Shown: positions 60,784 through 64,000 of the stretch, piece after piece
Layout: every line of letters begins with the position of its first letter
How positions within the stretch are numbered: position 1 is the stretch's first letter
From: Octopus vulgaris
Lineage: Eukaryota
Length of the DNA: 64,000 bases
Direction of reading: 5' to 3'
NCBI GenBank assembly: GCA_951406725.2
Contig: OX597819.1
Location: 134,726,001-134,790,000, forward strand
Position numbers and translations under genes: made by a program
Notes under the pieces: generated by a model
Seen by the model: the letters and a program-made list of their open reading frames with translations, nothing else
What the model was told of the DNA's origin: nothing
Database searches by the model: none

Positions 60784-62089
60784 TTTCATTATAATCTTCT
60801 TTCGATTCTGTTTCCATTTCTTGCTGAGTGTCTTCCTGACACCTAGGGCAGAGAAATGCACTGTATACATTGGTAGGCCATTAAAATAAACACACTAAAT
60901 TGTCCATTTACAAAGTCATGTGATAGAGAAAAAAAAAGGGAAGAAAGACAGAGAAAAAATAAAAAAAGTAAACAGAAAATAAAAGGGGAAAGGAAAAGAA
61001 AATCCCCAGCTACAATGCTCTTCCCAATATGTGTAACCAGTGACCAGTTAAGATGATCTTTTGCACTTGCTGTATGAATGGTAAGTCAGGGATCATTCTT
61101 AAATTATCATCATTACTGGGTGAGAGAGCAGCAGTGCTTGCCATCAAAGTGACCCTGGGGTAAAAATATACAAAGCCCCAAATACCCACCATGACTACCT
61201 GTCTGATAAGGGTACACCAGGCACATGCACCACAACCATATGTGCATGACATGGTGATCTTATATCAAGATAAATAGTGCATGACCTCTTAGGTGGGGCC
61301 CAGTCAGAATTTTCTTCAGGTTGAGTAACCCATCCCACTCAAAATGTCCCTGAATAAGATTTGCTTTAAAGATGATGAACAAAACACCCATGTTTCCAGA
61401 GGTGAATTATTCAAACCCCAAAGAATTCCTCTCAGCACATGGCTGTGATGCTCCCTCATTACTTCTGCTCGTGATCAGAGATGCACATATCACCAGCCAC
61501 TAAGGGACATGCTCTACTGGTTAAGGTCAAACAACTGACAAGCAAATCTGTGGTATTGAGCAGAATATTTGCTGTAGGCCATCTTTTATACCAAGACAAA
61601 ACAATGTACATGATAACACTTCCAATCAGTTAAGATCAGAAGCCATGAGAGCCACTGCCTGGTACTGCTATCATTAATATCATTATTATTATTAGTTACT
61701 TTTAATCTGCATGTTTATTACAATCATGTGCTGAGCCACACCCAGCATCCTTGGGTGAGTGAAGGATAAGAGATGTTATAGTATGGTTGAAAAGTTGGGG
61801 AGGGGAGGTGGTAGTAGTAGAGGAGGATACAGCATAACATGAAAGACAGCTAGAGGTCCTACAGGACAACCTGTTGAGGGCCACTGACCAATTCTGTTGT
61901 TGGTGCAAAGTCCCCTCTTGACCTAAGGTAACGTGGTGGTGGAAGAATGTAGTTGACAGGGCCATTAAAGAAAAGAAGCAAGCATGGAAGGACAGGAAGT
62001 GTGGTGATAGCAGAATAGCCAGAAAGGAAGCAGAAAAAAGAGGTTTGCCAATGTTTGGCATCGTGAGGACCAAAGCTTTGAAGTGTTTC

Positions 62090-63045
62090 AAATTGCAAGA
62101 CAGTGTGTGTGAGAGAAGATTGTATGCTCATGCGATGTGTGTGAATGAGGGCAGCTGTGTGAAGAAGTGTCATACTCTGTGGAAGGAGCCTATGAAAGAG
62201 GTAGTCCCAGGAAAATATGGGACGAGGTGGTGAAGCACGATCCTCAAACATTGGGCCTCACAGAGGCGATGACAAGCAACTGAGACCTTTGGAGATATAT
62301 TCTATGCTTGAGAAGTCCTGTCAAATGAGATCGTAGCCATGGCTAATGCCAGTGTCACATAACTGGTACTCATTGAAAGCACCCTTCAAACATTGGGCAA
62401 TAGGCTGTGCTTGTGAAGATCTATTGAGCTGAGTGAAATCACAGTCATGGCTGATGCCAATGCTGTCTGACTGGCGGCACCTGTGCTGGAGGAGGCATGT
62501 AAAAAGCACTGTTCATGCATTGTGCCTCATGGAGGCAGTGACATCAAGCCAAGTGAGATCATAGTCATGGTCAATGCTAGTGTGACATAACTGGTCTGTT
62601 AAAAGCACCTTTCAATATGCTGCGCTTGTGAAGATCTGTTGAACCAAGTGATATTGTAATCGTGGCCGATGCCTGTGCAGTCTGACTGGCATTCATGCTA
62701 GTGGCACGTAAAAAGCTCCATTTGAGTGTTGGGCCTCATGGAGGCAGTGAGAGATGACCAAAACTCTTGGTGATATACTGTGCTTGTACTGACCTGTCAA
62801 GCTAAGTGAGGCTGTAGTCATGGCTGGTGCCAATATCAGGTCAATGGCACCCATGCTGATTGCATGTAAAAAGCACCCACTACACTCTTGAAGTGGATGA
62901 CATTAGGAAGGGCATCCAGCCGTAGAAACCTTGCCAAATCAGATCAGAACCTGGTGCTGCTCTCCGACTTACCAGTTTTCAGTCAAACTGTCCAACCCAT
63001 GCCAGCATGGAAAGCAGACATTAAATGATGATGATAATGATCATG
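62090..63045 (+). mobile_element. Decayed RTE LINE 3' end with expanded 3' UTR modules
   Basis: [29 protein letters not shown]; repeated AAAAGCAC modules; ATTAGGAAGGGCATCCAGC box; (GAT)n tail. Confidence 0.78.
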
Positions 63046-64000
63046 ATGGTGGTTGTTGTTGTTGTTGTTTTTGCTGTTGCTGTTGTTGGAGGAGGAGGAG
63101 GAGGAGGAAATTTGATTTTCAAAAACTTTTTTTGGCACTTTTAGTAATAATTATGATAATCAAAAATACAAGAGTGAAAAATTATAAAAATTAGTCTGAA
63201 ACTGGTCTCAGTTCATTTGACAGTACAATGGCTGTGCCATGTTATATACTGTTTACTAAATACTGTAAATAAACGAGTGGGACTAAAAGAAATGCAATTA
63301 CTTTTTTGTAAAATCATTGCACTAAAGTCACTTATTTAATTGGTAATTAAGACAAAGTAGATTTTTTTTGTGAAGTGGGAAGATTTTATTATTTAGTAGA
63401 AAGTTTTTTATATTTACAAAGAACACTTGACGATTTGAAACTTGTTAATTGGAATTAGTAATAGAAAGAAAATATGAGAAGAGATGAATTTTAGAGATGT
63501 TAATAATAAGGAGAGGAAGAGTTGAGTAAATACAAGTTTAAAGACTTTAAAGTCTATTTGTCAGTTATTAGTAAAGAGGCAGAAAGGAATCAATCATTGT
63601 TTATAAGATTGGTAAAGGAGACATTTTCTTGCATATAAGAATTGTAGACATCAAGTATAAATGATGGCAGTGGTTTTGTATTCCGAGCCGTGAACAGCAG
63701 TGGAATTCTTGATAGATGAACCTCAGAATTAGTTTGTAGAGGATTTGGTTGTTGTAGCTTAGCCTCTGCTTAGTCTTCATTCATTGACCCTTTGGCCTAT
63801 GGTATTCACGTGGTGCCCGTTTAGTCATTGTTTTTTCCAGGTTTAATGTATCTAAGGTTACATTATCTAGAATGTCCTTTTCTTAAAACAGTAGGGTGTG
63901 ATTTTAGGGTAACAGAGTGAGTAACCCAATAGAAGATCCCCCCCTCCTCATTAGTTCAGGAATAGTTTTTGTTTGTAAAGTACCGTCACCTATTTAGAGA

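Noticed and set aside
60610-60889. Poly-Leu/Ala/Ser ORFs
   Set aside because: They come from a trinucleotide microsatellite and have no splice or domain support.
58660-63850. Candidate next exon of the host gene at acceptor-like sites (about 58670 and 63840)
   Set aside because: In the required phase 0 both hit a stop within a few codons (ACA TCG CTG TGA; GTT TAA).

Overview
Eukaryotic, AT-rich, repeat-dense genomic DNA, most likely from an octopus or other coleoid cephalopod. This is inferred from the tRNA-derived SINE families, RTE LINEs with (GAT)n tails and extensive (TA)n/(TATG)n tracts. The window lies within or around one large + strand gene. I recovered ten GT-AG exons (8660-52682; 1559 coding nt, about 519 aa) whose splice phases chain without a break. 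They encode cbEGF x3 - NIDO - AMOP - start of VWD, a MUC4/SUSD2/'mucin-like protein'-type extracellular protein, and both gene ends lie outside what I could find. The introns are packed with transposons: a full-length compact Ty3/Gypsy-like LTR element (18009-22228, TSD CTAGG), an internally deleted CsRn1-like LTR element, a near full-length R4/Dong-like RLE LINE in a (TAA)n tract with further Dong-like fragments stacked behind it, a CR1/L2-like LINE, many RTE LINE pieces, Penelope-like fragments with minimal hammerhead ribozyme motifs, a non-autonomous Helitron, mariner relics, MITEs, SINEs and a 43-bp minisatellite. The most unusual signal is in the compact LTR element. It has no TGG-type primer-binding site, and the 12 nt abutting its 5' LTR are exactly complementary to the 5' end (nt 1-12) of metazoan tRNA-Phe, which suggests non-canonical priming. 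It also carries a GGGAAAC slippery site followed by a predicted pseudoknot. All family assignments come from motif recognition by eye; no searches were run.
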